Positions 24,924 through 25,616 of a stretch of 25,616 nucleotides of DNA are shown piece after piece. The notes beneath the pieces were generated by a model. That model did no database searches and was not told where the DNA came from. It saw only the letters and a list, made by a program, of their open reading frames with translations. Source of the stretch: a virus (lineage: Duplodnaviria > Caudoviricetes); IMG/VR virus record IMGVR_UViG_3300037043_000431, positions 1-25,616 of that record. The stretch is one strand, 5' to 3'. Position numbers and translations under genes: made by a program. Position 1 is the stretch's first letter, and each line of letters opens with the position of its first letter.

Positions 24924-25616
24924 ATGAAAAAAATACTCAGTTATTTTGTAGTACTGATATGTATGGTTGGGTGCACTTCGGCGTCACGTTTGCTGCCGGT
25001 TTTTTCTAAATTGGATTCTTTCAATATAGATAATCCCCAGGAAAAGACTGTTGGCGAAGTAATGGTATATCGTATTAATGCAAGAATATATCCTGGTTAT
25101 GAGGCAATGGAAAGATATGATGTCCCTGGATATTTAGGAAATACATTCCCGCCTATAAATCCTGGGCAGACATGTAAGGCTTTTGCCATATTAGACGGTG
25201 GAGATTTTCTTTGCAAACCGTCGGGCGCCCTGAGGCCCTTGGCTTTAGGAACACCTGTTAACTGGGAATATTGTATTGTTGTGGATGAGTCGGGCCAGCC
25301 TTATGGGGACACAAGCTGCAGCATGATATTTATTCGTAAATGGTCGCCTAAGCCTCAACCGGGAATTTTTAAAAAGATAGATTTTTATGAGGAAGGTTCG
25401 TTGAGGCAGGAGCTTATATATAATGGTAAAACAAAAGATGCAATTAAATTGCAGTATCGGGAATTTAGAAATGATATGGCAAGGCCCGCATTTTATCAGG
25501 ATTTATCCTACGATTTAACTGAGTCAAAAATAATAGGGTTTCGAGGTATGATGATCGAAGTATTGGAGGCCACAAACTCTTTTATAAAGTTTATAGTCAA
25601 ATCAAAGATGAATTGA
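24924..25616 (+). CDS. lipoprotein, probable lysogenic-conversion gene
   Basis: MKK + hydrophobic + VGC lipobox; AT-rich; 20 bp after the repressor. Confidence 0.8.
   Translation: MKKILSYFVVLICMVGCTSASRLLPVFSKLDSFNIDNPQEKTVGEVMVYRINARIYPGYEAMERYDVPGYLGNTFPPINPGQTCKAFAILDGGDFLCKPSGALRPLALGTPVNWEYCIVVDESGQPYGDTSCSMIFIRKWSPKPQPGIFKKIDFYEEGSLRQELIYNGKTKDAIKLQYREFRNDMARPAFYQDLSYDLTESKIIGFRGMMIEVLEATNSFIKFIVKSKMN

Larger units (their letters stand above)
1..25616. mobile_element. Mu-like transposable prophage (partial, no ends visible)
   Basis: Gene order repressor / ner - transposase - AAA ATPase - gam - gemA - mor - lysis - terminase - portal - F - G - protease/scaffold - capsid is the Mu-like arrangement. 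Confidence 0.95.

Overview
Left two-thirds of a Mu-like (transposable) prophage, read right to left. On the + strand at the right end are an XRE/S24 repressor and a lipoprotein. On the - strand come Ner/Cro, an antirepressor, CII-like and IclR-HTH genes, the DDE transposase, a MuB-like ATPase, semi-essential genes (Gam and others), GemA, a Mor/C activator, lysis genes, terminase, portal, MuF, gpG, protease/scaffold, decoration and major capsid genes, then small accessory genes and a LamG/repeat fibre gene running off the window start. No phage end is visible. The unusual features are mostly non-coding: (1) a + strand structured ~114-nt RNA with its own near-consensus promoter, sitting where an immunity gene is expected after a MuF-PBECR2 nuclease; (2) a solitary type I-E CRISPR repeat joined directly to a ribosome-binding site; (3) a c4/CI-type antisense RNA with two target boxes in front of a second antirepressor operon; (4) several families of 7-mer/9-mer inverted arrays and REP-like palindromes at gene junctions and in frame within protein termini. 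Protein family calls come from recognising motifs by eye; no database search was run.
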